Source of the DNA: a virus
Taxonomy: Duplodnaviria > Caudoviricetes
Length of the DNA: 64,000 bases
Virus record (IMG/VR): IMGVR_UViG_3300046526_000553
Location: 32,001-96,000 of that record
Strand: one strand, 5' to 3'
Shown: one piece after another, positions 40,063 through 48,453 of the stretch
Position numbering within the stretch: position 1 is the first letter of the stretch
Layout of the letters: the number at the start of each line of letters is the position of its first letter
Program-made: the position numbers and the translations under genes
The notes under the pieces: generated by a model
The model's input: the letters and a program-made list of their open reading frames with translations, nothing else
What the model was told of the DNA's origin: nothing
Databases searched by the model: none

Positions 40063-40137
40063 TGGCGTCCATAAGGAATTTTGAAATCCTGACCTTCCGC
40101 CTGACAAACGGGTGCTCTGCCTCTGAGCTATATGGAC
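40063..40137 (-). tRNA. tRNA-Asp(GUC)
   Basis: Loop TTGTCAG, G73, CCA end. Confidence 0.8.
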
Positions 40138-40140
40138 ATA

Positions 40141-40215
40141 TGGTCTGGAACGAGAATTTCGCAATCTCGGCCTCCGGTTCCCAAAACCGGCGCTCTGCTT
40201 CTGAGCTAGTCCCAG
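40141..40215 (-). tRNA. tRNA-Pro(UGG)
   Basis: Loop TTTGGGA, C1-G72, CCA end. Confidence 0.85.
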
Positions 40216-40221
40216 TTATGT

Positions 40222-40252
40222 AAAAAGCCCGCTTCTTTTGGTTGCAGGCTTT
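40222..40252 (-). terminator. attenuator terminator of tRNA operon 3
   Basis: AAAGCCTGC-11 nt-GCGGGCTTTTT. Confidence 0.75.
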
Positions 40253-40278
40253 GATTTGTCTATGTGCTTGAGCTATTC

Positions 40279-40359
40279 TTATACGCCTGCAATCAACCCT
40301 TTATCGCCATGATTGGCTTCGGGCTTATTAATGGTATTCGGGCGTATGAATTTACTCAT
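40279..40359 (-). CDS. leader peptide 3, MSKFIRPNTINKPEANHGDKGLIAGV
   Basis: ATG lies 6 nt after TTGCAT-17-TACACT (40366-40394). Confidence 0.8.
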   Translation of the reverse strand: MSKFIRPNTINKPEANHGDKGLIAGV

Positions 40360-40398
40360 ATTGCTAGTGTAGCATACTGATTTTAGAAATGCAAGTTT

Positions 40399-40566
40399 TT
40401 ATTTACTGTTCCTTATCAGTTGTCGAATAATTTTACGTACCCACCCCGATGCGGTCATGCCTTCATCGTGCAAGATATCTATGAATTCGTCATAGGTATC
40501 CATGTCAACGTATACGACGATGCGTCTTTGCTGTTTTTGTTTTATCCTTGGGCTTAGTTGACTCAT
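40399..40566 (-). CDS. ribbon-helix-helix-like protein (55 aa) overlapping the 3' end of the Ro gene; not in the ORF track
   Basis: MSQLSPRIKQKQQRRIVVYVDMDTYDEFIDILHDEGMTASGWVRKIIRQLIRNSK. Confidence 0.55.
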   Translation of the reverse strand: MSQLSPRIKQKQQRRIVVYVDMDTYDEFIDILHDEGMTASGWVRKIIRQLIRNSK

Positions 40567-42046
40567 ATAAATCAATCTTCTCTATCTTATTTACTAATGC
40601 GTTCTTATCGGTATTTAACAACTTTAACACGTCGAAAATTTTGTCTGAAAATCCAGCAATCTGATAGACCTGATTTTCAGGAAACTGCATCGTACCATAG
40701 CCACTTAAGTCAAAAGCGTAGATATATGGATTAGCACCTGTGCGCTTTTTATAATCCTCAAACTGAGCTTTTGGTGTGTAGTAACCTATCCATGCCTGCA
40801 TATCACTGAATATGAAGATGTGGTCATAGGCACGGCTAGCGGTTTCAAAGATAGCGTGAAAGTTAGTGCCATGACCTACAGAAGTGGGGGTGTTAGAACC
40901 ATAGCCATCGTTGCAGTCAGCTAACCAACGCAACTGACCTAGCACACTATCCTGTGTCACATTGTAATACTTGGCAGTATCACCAAAATACATGAAATCA
41001 GCATTGCTTTTCTTTGCCATTGCTACACCGAATAAAGCACCAATTTCGAAATTAGTAGCCTTGCTGCGTTCGCTCATAGAGCTATCCATGCTGCCACTGT
41101 GGTCAACGACCACTAAGGCATTATCGAAAGCAGGCATGTTATTGATTGAAATATCTAGTGCATTGCCAATAGCAGCCAGTGTTTTACGGGCTTCTGGACC
41201 TGCACCCCCATCAATTTCAGCAATTTCCTTATAGGCACTGAAATAACGGAACGGTAGAATCAATGATTTCTTGATAGCCTGCTCATTCTGCAATTGCTTC
41301 AAGGCAATATCAAGCACTTCAGGAGCCTGTTCAATAATATTTCTGAGGTTCCGTAGTAATGCAAACGCTGGAAGTTTGTCTTCCTTCAAAAGCTTAATCC
41401 ATGTATCGGCCTTAAGCTTATCCTTTTCAGCTTCGGTCTTTGCTTTCTGACCAGCCTGGACTAAGCCAGTCTCCCATGTATCAGAGGCACGTAAGGTACC
41501 TTTAATAAGCTGTTGAACAGCTTCGGTGTGAACCGGGTGAACTAGATTAGCTACATCAACAAGACTAACGTCCTTACCTTCGCCACGATATTTAGCTAAA
41601 TTGTAAGCGTTAAAATGTCCAAATGCCTGTGCAAAACCACGCTTAAGTGCATTAGGCTCTGTCTGATGACCAAGTGAATAATAATATGATAGAATTTCTG
41701 TCATATCATCTGGACGACGAATAACATTCTCGAAGAAATACTTTGTCCATGCTTCGCCCTTTACTCGATTAGCAATTTCACCAGCAACCACGTGGCTGAC
41801 ACTACGCATACCGAATTCATTACGAGCGTACACAGCAGCTTTGGCTGCAAACATAGGGTCTACGCTATTAAGTAATTCCTTGAGTTTATCAATGCCATCA
41901 TCAGAACTTCTATAATATTGATTCTGTACAAAACTTGTTAATAGGATTGATACAAACTCCAGCTTAGGGTTTTGCTGGAAAGCTTGACCACCAGCATTAT
42001 TAATAACCATAGTTGGTGAAGTTGTAGCGTTGAATCTACTGCTCAT
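40505..42046 (-). CDS. rsr: Ro60/Rsr-like TROVE + vWA RNA-binding protein
   Basis: NNAGGQAF, YARNEFGMRSVS, LAKYR, TWET, ALLRNLRN, LPFRY, VVDHSGSM (MIDAS), GTNF and FSDMQ motifs. Confidence 0.9.
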   Translation of the reverse strand: MSSRFNATTSPTMVINNAGGQAFQQNPKLEFVSILLTSFVQNQYYRSSDDGIDKLKELLNSVDPMFAAKAAVYARNEFGMRSVSHVVAGEIANRVKGEAWTKYFFENVIRRPDDMTEILSYYYSLGHQTEPNALKRGFAQAFGHFNAYNLAKYRGEGKDVSLVDVANLVHPVHTEAVQQLIKGTLRASDTWETGLVQAGQKAKTEAEKDKLKADTWIKLLKEDKLPAFALLRNLRNIIEQAPEVLDIALKQLQNEQAIKKSLILPFRYFSAYKEIAEIDGGAGPEARKTLAAIGNALDISINNMPAFDNALVVVDHSGSMDSSMSERSKATNFEIGALFGVAMAKKSNADFMYFGDTAKYYNVTQDSVLGQLRWLADCNDGYGSNTPTSVGHGTNFHAIFETASRAYDHIFIFSDMQAWIGYYTPKAQFEDYKKRTGANPYIYAFDLSGYGTMQFPENQVYQIAGFSDKIFDVLKLLNTDKNALVNKIEKIDLYESTKPKDKTKTAKTHRRIR

Positions 42047-42061
42047 CTCATTCTCCTTGTA

Positions 42062-42125
42062 GGCGAGTAAAGTGCGGTTTGTGGGTTTTCAATTCCATTT
42101 GAAGTAACAAACCGCTCGCTGCGCC
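42062..42125 (-). ncRNA. short Y-RNA-like RNA
   Basis: Shares the GCGAGCGGTTTG-TACTTC...TTTACTCG frame with its two neighbours. Lies directly upstream of rsr. Confidence 0.65.
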
Positions 42126-42146
42126 CTAGTTGATAAAGTACCTTTA

Positions 42147-42276
42147 TGTGCGAGTAAATCATGGTTGGCGTTTCCCTTTCGGGATTCAGTTGGAGTTGAA
42201 CCAACAATCTTTACAATTGAAATGTAACGCTTAAACCAAATAAGCTATGAAGTAGCCAGACCATTCGCTACGCACA
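42147..42276 (-). ncRNA. YrlA-like Y RNA with a tRNA-like domain
   Basis: Closing stem, GCGAATGG..CTACTTC motif, D-like arm and GTTGG-TTCAACT-CCAAC T arm. Confidence 0.75.
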
Positions 42277-42291
42277 GTGTAAAAGTTCTAA

Positions 42292-42424
42292 TGTACGGGT
42301 AAATTGTGGTTTGCAGATGATGACTTTCGTCATCGTTTCCAGCTTTCGCCGTTTTAGGGTTTGAACCTAATATTACATTTGTGGATGTAAATTATCCGAA
42401 GTAGCAAACCGCTCGCCTCGTACA
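42292..42424 (-). ncRNA. YrlA-like Y RNA
   Basis: Closing TGTACG/CGTACA and TTAGG-TTCAAAC-CCTAA T arm. Promoter TTGACT-17-TATTAT lies upstream. Confidence 0.7.
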
Positions 42425-42518
42425 CATCCTATAATAGGGCATAATTGTGCACAAGTCAACACCTTTTTTATAAATTAAAAAGCCACCTGATAAAGATGGC
42501 TTCCTAATCTACCCGTTT

Positions 42519-43265
42519 TTATCTTTGAAAGGCTTTTCTACTTCTTAGGTAGATAAATCTTCCGGCATAACCGAGCGCACTAACGCCTAGAAATGCTGGA
42601 ACGATAGAATTGCCTGCTCCAGTATTTGGCAATGTGGTCGGTTGATTTTGCGCAGTTGGCGTGAATGTCTTTGCTGGCTCACCTGCTCCCTTGCCTGTGT
42701 ACAATGGCGGTGGTACCGATGGAGGTGTTCCAGTAGGTGATGGCGGAGGAGTTACTGGTGCTGGAGGAGTAATCGGCGGGGGTACTGGAGGGGGTGTAGT
42801 TTTATCGCAAGGGCATGGTTTATTAACATGCCTCAGGTGATGTATATACACCTTTTTATCACAAGGTTTCTTGTGCTCATAATTTTTCTGATAAGATGTT
42901 TTAGTATCAACTTTCGTGTATGTCTCTTCGTGTGATACTTCTTTTTTCTTCTTATCACAGGGCTTCTTTTCATGTTCATTTACAATCCGTGGATGAGACT
43001 GTGGGATGACATCAGAATCTGATAAATACGGTTTCTGATATTCAGGCTGTTGTTGATTATCTTTCATATTCTGATTATTGCAATCACTATGATGGCTTTG
43101 TTTATCCTGATTATCCCAATTAGTATCTTTTGTATAGTGTGAATTATCCTGCTGACCACCGCTACAATCGATTGTTGCTAAGGCTGGTGCTGTACTAAGA
43201 GCAAAAACCCCAACCACAATAGTCGGAATGCTCCATACATATTGCCTATATTTATGTTTAATCAT
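42519..43265 (-). CDS. secreted Pro-rich protein with an LPNTG sortase-type anchor
   Basis: Signal peptide, Pro-rich linker, then LPNTG + TM helix + basic tail. Confidence 0.8.
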   Translation of the reverse strand: MIKHKYRQYVWSIPTIVVGVFALSTAPALATIDCSGGQQDNSHYTKDTNWDNQDKQSHHSDCNNQNMKDNQQQPEYQKPYLSDSDVIPQSHPRIVNEHEKKPCDKKKKEVSHEETYTKVDTKTSYQKNYEHKKPCDKKVYIHHLRHVNKPCPCDKTTPPPVPPPITPPAPVTPPPSPTGTPPSVPPPLYTGKGAGEPAKTFTPTAQNQPTTLPNTGAGNSIVPAFLGVSALGYAGRFIYLRSRKAFQR

Positions 43266-43333
43266 TTTAATGACCTCCTTTAATGATATTATCCCTTATT
43301 ATACACCATCATTTCGTTTTGTGCACCACCAAA

Positions 43334-43561
43334 TTACTTTTTAATGCTGGACAAGTGATAATAGCCACAATTATCACAGAAATAATAATCTATATCTTCA
43401 TCTGAATGAGTACTAGCAAAAGCAGCTGCACTGTTCGCTTCATTCGGTGTATGATATGTTGTTTTTTGTTCGCAGCTATGTTTTACATAATATGGGACAT
43501 TGTCAAAATTATGTCTACTAAACCGCTGAGATATATTTCGAATACGTGATGCTTTGCCCAT
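43334..43561 (-). CDS. small Zn-ribbon protein
   Basis: C..K..Y.T..EA...YFCDNCGYYHLSS. Confidence 0.65.
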   Translation of the reverse strand: MGKASRIRNISQRFSRHNFDNVPYYVKHSCEQKTTYHTPNEANSAAAFASTHSDEDIDYYFCDNCGYYHLSSIKK

Positions 43562-43837
43562 GATTTTATTATACGCCTATTTTAGCTTGATGTTCGGGAT
43601 AGTAGATTCCCTTGCAACATAGACCTTGAATTCATCAAATAATATATTTCTTAAGAATTTATCGCATTGTTCGCACAAACCGAGTGACCACGAATCAAAA
43701 TTATAAACATGGTGGATTTTTATACCATCGGATTCAATGTGTTCGCAGTTTCTAAAGATAGGGTTAGGTAGGTTGGCTGCTTTGGTCATATAGTTATTAT
43801 ACCACCTGCAGCCAACCTGTGTTAGGAGAAGAGTAAA

Positions 43838-44408
43838 GCCATGCCTTGCCTGCCTTTCCGTACCAACAAGCGCTACCTCGACCGGACACAACTCAACTCG
43901 TCTTGAGGCGACCGGACTCGTGGCGACTCGCCTGCCATGGCTGGACGCTTCGAGACTCGCGATGACCGGACCGGACATCCACGACTCGCTCAGACCTAGC
44001 GCTCCCAGTCACATCTGGACTCGCCGGGACGTGGCTTGACTCACCTGCACTACCTTGATTATGCGGAAACCGGTCATGACAAAACCTATCTCGAAACGTC
44101 TCGTCTCAACACAACATGCCTGCCTTGAGGAGACTTGACGCACCTGGACCTAACTCGACTCGGCTCAACTCGTCGTGAGGAGACTTGACCGGACACTCCT
44201 AGCCTGCCATGAATTGACTCACCTTGACCCGTCAGGAGATGACTTGACCGGACGCACCTCGTCTTGCCTGCCCTGCCTGGACAACCCCAACTTGCCACGA
44301 AAAGAGGTGTCTGAACTTATTGCGACTTTCCCAGCCTGCTATTCCACTCCATGTCATGCCTAGACAATCGCACCGGGACATGACGTGACGAAACGTGACT
44401 CGCCTGCC
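43838..44408 (-). repeat. array of about 7 units, each GGCAGGC followed by 5-nt-periodic NN-GTC pentamers
   Basis: GCCTGCC-like delimiters on + at ~43848, 43930, 44043, 44118, 44202, 44266, 44334 and 44402. Confidence 0.8.
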
Positions 44409-44426
44409 CTGTCTAAGTTATTAGAC

Positions 44427-44996
44427 CTAGACCGGAACAGCTACAAATCCATTAGTCGTACTAATATCTTCGTTTTTACTGTTCTTATCAGCTCCCTTAA
44501 TCCGAGCACGATTTGAAGTTTTCTTCGCCGGTTTAGATATAGCCACATCTTCTTTCTCTTTGGCTTCATCGACCGCTTGCCACACTTTAGCTAATTCAAC
44601 AATATGCTTGTATTTATTCTCAACATTAGTTAATTCAACTAAAGCAGTTTTTAAAAACTGTTCCCGTAAGTCTGGACGTTCCAAAACATCTGTCGTCCAT
44701 CGAAAGCCTCCACCTGCGTCTCTGTCAATATCCAGAGAGGTTAGAACTCTAACTTCGGTATCTAATTGTTCAGAATAAACAGTAAAGCTTTTGATAAGCT
44801 GCCTAGCTTCTTCCAGATTCCAACGATTAGCAGCTTCATCTTTATCCCAAGTGAAAAATTTATGAAGTGGGCTTGATGGCTTTCTAGCTGATTCAACAAG
44901 TGCTTCTTCTTTTAACAAACCATTAGCATCGATGTTCATTAACCTGCTAAATTCAGACTGAACTTCTGCCGTTAGTTTTTTCGGAAAACTATTCAT
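44427..44996 (-). CDS. conserved phage protein paired with the RAMP-like gene
   Basis: LVESARKPSSPLHKFFTWDKDEAANRWNLEEARQLI. Flanked by repeat units on both sides. Confidence 0.7.
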   Translation of the reverse strand: MNSFPKKLTAEVQSEFSRLMNIDANGLLKEEALVESARKPSSPLHKFFTWDKDEAANRWNLEEARQLIKSFTVYSEQLDTEVRVLTSLDIDRDAGGGFRWTTDVLERPDLREQFLKTALVELTNVENKYKHIVELAKVWQAVDEAKEKEDVAISKPAKKTSNRARIKGADKNSKNEDISTTNGFVAVPV

Positions 44997-45080
44997 GTCT
45001 TCTCCTTATATTATTAATATTATTATTGAAAGGCTGGCGCTGCTGGAGTATAAACCATATTGATTTATTAATCAAGCTTT

Positions 45081-45151
45081 GCCAGCCTTGCCGTGACGAA
45101 CCACGACTGGTCTTGTGGCATCTGGACTCAACAAGACTCGACTCGCCTGCC
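45081..45151 (-). repeat. single pentamer-periodic unit between the two genes
   Basis: GGCAGGC gagtc gagtc ttgtt gagtc cagat gccac aagac cagtc gtggt tcgtc acggc aaggc. Confidence 0.75.
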
Positions 45152-45188
45152 AAACATTGCCTTGACTTATAAGAAATAGTAAATTAAA

Positions 45189-45884
45189 CTACTTCTTAAC
45201 TTTGCTTACCTTTTTAGCAGGTTCCTTACCATCACTAGGGCTTGGGCTCTCGACATCAAATGTGCCAAAACCCAAACCAGCTGATGCTCGTGAATCAGGT
45301 CTTCCTTCACCTAGACCAACTTGCAGACCAACTCGACGGAGCAAATTTAACATATCTTCCAATGAAAATTGGTCTTCGTCAAATTTTATGACTGGCAAAG
45401 CATACCATTCACGCCACAAAGGACGAACACGAATGTCAAAAACACCTGTTGCATTTCTTACAGCAGCTTCGTTTCTTTCAGGTTCCCCGTAGATGCGTAC
45501 TAAAGGTTGCCCATCAACTTTGTCGAAACCTTGAGCTTTAACAAAGATGGAAAGCTTTGCGCGAGTCATTGTGAACCCAGTCAAACGACATGCACTGATG
45601 GCTGCAGCTCGAATAGATGAAGCTGGAATCCCAATCCAACCCTCAATGCTCTTATGCATTGCTTGGTGGTAATCATCATCGAAGTTACGGGCTTCCCGTA
45701 CTTTCTTGGCTCCTTGCTTAGTTGAGCCATCCATTTTGCTCATCATCGCTTGCATAGCTTTTTGGCTAAAGCGAGATTGCATATACGGTGCATTACCTTT
45801 CAATTTAACCTGCACCGCTTTTATACGAGGCGCTGAAATTGCAACAGCGACCTCTTTTTTAGTAGATTTTTTTGGACTTGGCAT
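45189..45884 (-). CDS. RAMP/Cas7-like protein
   Basis: N-terminal beta strand + KGNAPY, IPASSIRAA helix, and C-terminal Gly-rich loop VGLGEGRP..GLGFGTFDV. Confidence 0.65.
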   Translation of the reverse strand: MPSPKKSTKKEVAVAISAPRIKAVQVKLKGNAPYMQSRFSQKAMQAMMSKMDGSTKQGAKKVREARNFDDDYHQAMHKSIEGWIGIPASSIRAAAISACRLTGFTMTRAKLSIFVKAQGFDKVDGQPLVRIYGEPERNEAAVRNATGVFDIRVRPLWREWYALPVIKFDEDQFSLEDMLNLLRRVGLQVGLGEGRPDSRASAGLGFGTFDVESPSPSDGKEPAKKVSKVKK

Positions 45885-46230
45885 ATAACTCTTCTCCTTT
45901 ATTGTTAAGTTTATGCTTTATCCACTATACACCAACGTAACAATTATGTCAAGTCATTTTTTTGTCTACATTTTAGTTCAATACTTGGACATGAACCACA
46001 TATTTCAGTTCATTATTTATTGAATTATTAATATACAAAATTGACAACAGGACAATAATTAATACGAATAACCCTAAAATAATAAGCTCCCGCAAATCCT
46101 TCTTCACCAACATCCTTTGATGATATTGTACAGCTTTTTGTTTCATTTTAATTTATAAATGTGGTTAAATTATTCCCATGAGTAGAGACAAGCCAAAACG
46201 AGAAAAAAAGAAGCCTAAGAAACCAAAGAG

Positions 46231-47559
46231 TCAGTAATACATACCGCCCAAAGTATCATCAACGAACAAGAACACTGTCCACATGACAGAACTTATTACT
46301 ATGCCGAAGAAAACTATCCAGAATCGCTGCCATCCACTGATGGCTATATCACCTATGAGATAACCGTAGCCTTTGTTTTTGTTCTGAATGCACTCCATAC
46401 ACGGACGTTTGAATTTGTGAATTCCATAAACTGTATTAGTTAAAATACCACTATTATTTTTATGCGGAATACCTATCACAACATCAGGGTCGAAATCTAC
46501 CCCTGTTAAGTTGTTCTGAATGTCCAAAAATAGAGCTTCATTTCCGGTTGGAAGACCACCAGAAGCTCGTGCCCAAGCAATTTTATTACTGCTATCATCA
46601 ACACCAACCACCACCACAACCGCATTCTTGGATAATGCATACTTATGGAAGTATAGTGGAGACTTCCAATAAGCAAAGAGAGCTTGACTATAATCGTCTG
46701 GGTTAGGGACGACAGACTTATCCACAGCTACCATGTGGATATCCCCCTGTAACTCCTTACCAAGATAGCCATTTAGTCTGTTGAGAGACTCATTCCAGGC
46801 TTTAGTATTAGCGCTAAACTTCACTGTGCTAAATTTATCTGCCATATACTCGTTGTATATGGGGTCTGAATAGTTTTTGGTTACTGGAGGCAATAGTCCT
46901 TTCTTCAAATATTGGCTGATATCATCACTGTAAGCATGTAGAATGGTCTGGTCACTAGCTAAAAAGAAGTTTTTGTAGTTATGGAGCTTCGTAACGCCTC
47001 CAGGCTTGCCTGAGTCTATCCTATTCTTAGCTTGCGACCATAAAGATGGCGGTCCTGTGGGGATACTACCTGATATATTTTCGCCACTTCGCCAAGCTTT
47101 CTTAACTTTGCCTGCATAAGCTCCACCAATTGGATAATCACCTAATGTGGTAGCAACGATATAGTGATATTCTTCAGTCAAATAGGGGCAATGATGATAT
47201 TCAGTCGTGTAATAGGTGTGTTCATGCCCTTTGCTGTCTTCGTAATGGTGAACGACAATATATGGGTCACAGCTGTAGGTATAATCACAATCGCCATCTC
47301 TTTCACACATCACCACTTTCGTGTTAGTGGCTGTTTCATAACCGTTAAAATATTCTTTGTAACTTTCCCTGTTGTTAATAATTATGTGTTCAGTCAAAGG
47401 GGCAAATAACAGTAGAAATAGGGTGCTGATAATCAACCCCAATATAAATTCCCTCTTACTGACTTTAATCGTGCCAGTGGGGATATTGGAATTAGTAACT
47501 ATATATGCAACACCGCCTATTATTGCACTGAGAATAATGGCGATTATTGCCGATAGCAT
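46231..47559 (-). CDS. membrane protein with a large extracytoplasmic domain
   Basis: Two N-terminal TM helices, one C-terminal TM helix and a Cys/His-rich segment. Confidence 0.7.
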   Translation of the reverse strand: MLSAIIAIILSAIIGGVAYIVTNSNIPTGTIKVSKREFILGLIISTLFLLLFAPLTEHIIINNRESYKEYFNGYETATNTKVVMCERDGDCDYTYSCDPYIVVHHYEDSKGHEHTYYTTEYHHCPYLTEEYHYIVATTLGDYPIGGAYAGKVKKAWRSGENISGSIPTGPPSLWSQAKNRIDSGKPGGVTKLHNYKNFFLASDQTILHAYSDDISQYLKKGLLPPVTKNYSDPIYNEYMADKFSTVKFSANTKAWNESLNRLNGYLGKELQGDIHMVAVDKSVVPNPDDYSQALFAYWKSPLYFHKYALSKNAVVVVVGVDDSSNKIAWARASGGLPTGNEALFLDIQNNLTGVDFDPDVVIGIPHKNNSGILTNTVYGIHKFKRPCMECIQNKNKGYGYLIGDIAISGWQRFWIVFFGIVISSVMWTVFLFVDDTLGGMYY

Positions 47560-47561
47560 AA

Positions 47562-47774
47562 TTATGATTCTTCTGCAGGCTTATACTCACCTTGGTATAG
47601 ACCCATTTGTTCACCATCAAAATCAATATCGATTATATTTAATTTGCAATTCTCACAATATACTTGCAAGCCTTCTTTTGTCCAACCAACTGCTAATTGA
47701 CCCGACATACATTTTTTGCAATGAAAATATATATCAATGCGTGGTTCAATTTCATTATCCATTTTAATTACCAA
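47562..47774 (-). CDS. small Zn-finger protein
   Basis: HCKKC...LAVGWT..GLQVYCENC. Confidence 0.6.
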   Translation of the reverse strand: MVIKMDNEIEPRIDIYFHCKKCMSGQLAVGWTKEGLQVYCENCKLNIIDIDFDGEQMGLYQGEYKPAEES

Positions 47775-48453
47775 AGAATTTCTGGGGCTCTAAATCACCG
47801 CTTTTGAAAGCATTGGAGGTAGTTCCTGAAACTATGACATGCGTCATGATTACATAGGCTGTCTGTCCTGTTTGCTGCCCATTACCATTATTTACCACCA
47901 AATTAGTGGTAGGAGCTCCAGTAATATGAGCAACGACCCAAGAACGGATAATCCCAGATTTACGCCATTGGTCATATTCCCGTAATTCATCCTGTAGTTT
48001 CTGTTGATTATTGCTAAAAGCGGTTCTACCGCTGGAAATAGTATCTAAAATACGGCTGTATGAACTATTCAGTGTATCAAGATTTGGATAAGCTTCATGT
48101 ATAGCTGAGAATAATGACCCACCAGTTGGGTTTATGCTAGTAGGAGCGCCAGTTTTACCCTGATACCTCCCTGAAACAGCATCTAACATTATTTTATCGA
48201 AACTAGCACTTTGAGCCTGTGTCACTCCAGCCTGTTCACGGGCTGTGGATAAAAAAGCGTCCAATCCAGCTTTCAAGCTCTCATATTGCCGTGACAATTG
48301 TACCTCTCGCTGCACATCAGCCTTCTGGAGACCGTTTACATACGAGAACATAGAGATTATCAGGATTAGTATTAAAAGTATCACAGAGATGCTTATAATA
48401 AGCCTCTTGGATAATTTAAATGTTGGCCTCGGTTCACTTTGCTCGTTTGGCAT
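47764..48453 (-). CDS. single-TM coiled-coil (LemA-like) protein
   Basis: N-terminal TM, EAYPNL...I.SGR..F..Q..L. Confidence 0.55.
   Translation of the reverse strand: MPNEQSEPRPTFKLSKRLIISISVILLILILIISMFSYVNGLQKADVQREVQLSRQYESLKAGLDAFLSTAREQAGVTQAQSASFDKIMLDAVSGRYQGKTGAPTSINPTGGSLFSAIHEAYPNLDTLNSSYSRILDTISSGRTAFSNNQQKLQDELREYDQWRKSGIIRSWVVAHITGAPTTNLVVNNGNGQQTGQTAYVIMTHVIVSGTTSNAFKSGDLEPQKFFGN

Noticed and set aside
34557-40223. ORF-track entries overlapping tRNAs (34557..34808, 36524..36745, 36652..36870, 38680..39027, 38869..39096, 39535..39972, 40023..40223)
   Set aside because: Shadow ORFs over tRNA or ncRNA genes.
34977-40394. T-box riboswitches as the tRNA-operon leaders
   Set aside because: The leaders are too short for stem I and lack the T-box consensus in an antiterminator bulge. 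Translated-leader attenuation fits better.
42190-42250. tRNA with a UCA anticodon (Sec/opal suppressor)
   Set aside because: It is the internal tRNA-like domain of a Y-RNA-like repeat, with no acceptor stem or CCA end.
43790-44363. ORFs 44086..44298, 44175..44363 and the N-terminal extension of 43577..43978
   Set aside because: Arg/Ser/Val-rich translations of the pentamer array with no RBS. The real small gene probably starts at MTKAAN (~43789).
43838-44408. Classical CRISPR array
   Set aside because: No 25-45-bp identical direct repeats with unique spacers, only a 7-nt delimiter and pentamer periodicity. No cas1/cas2.
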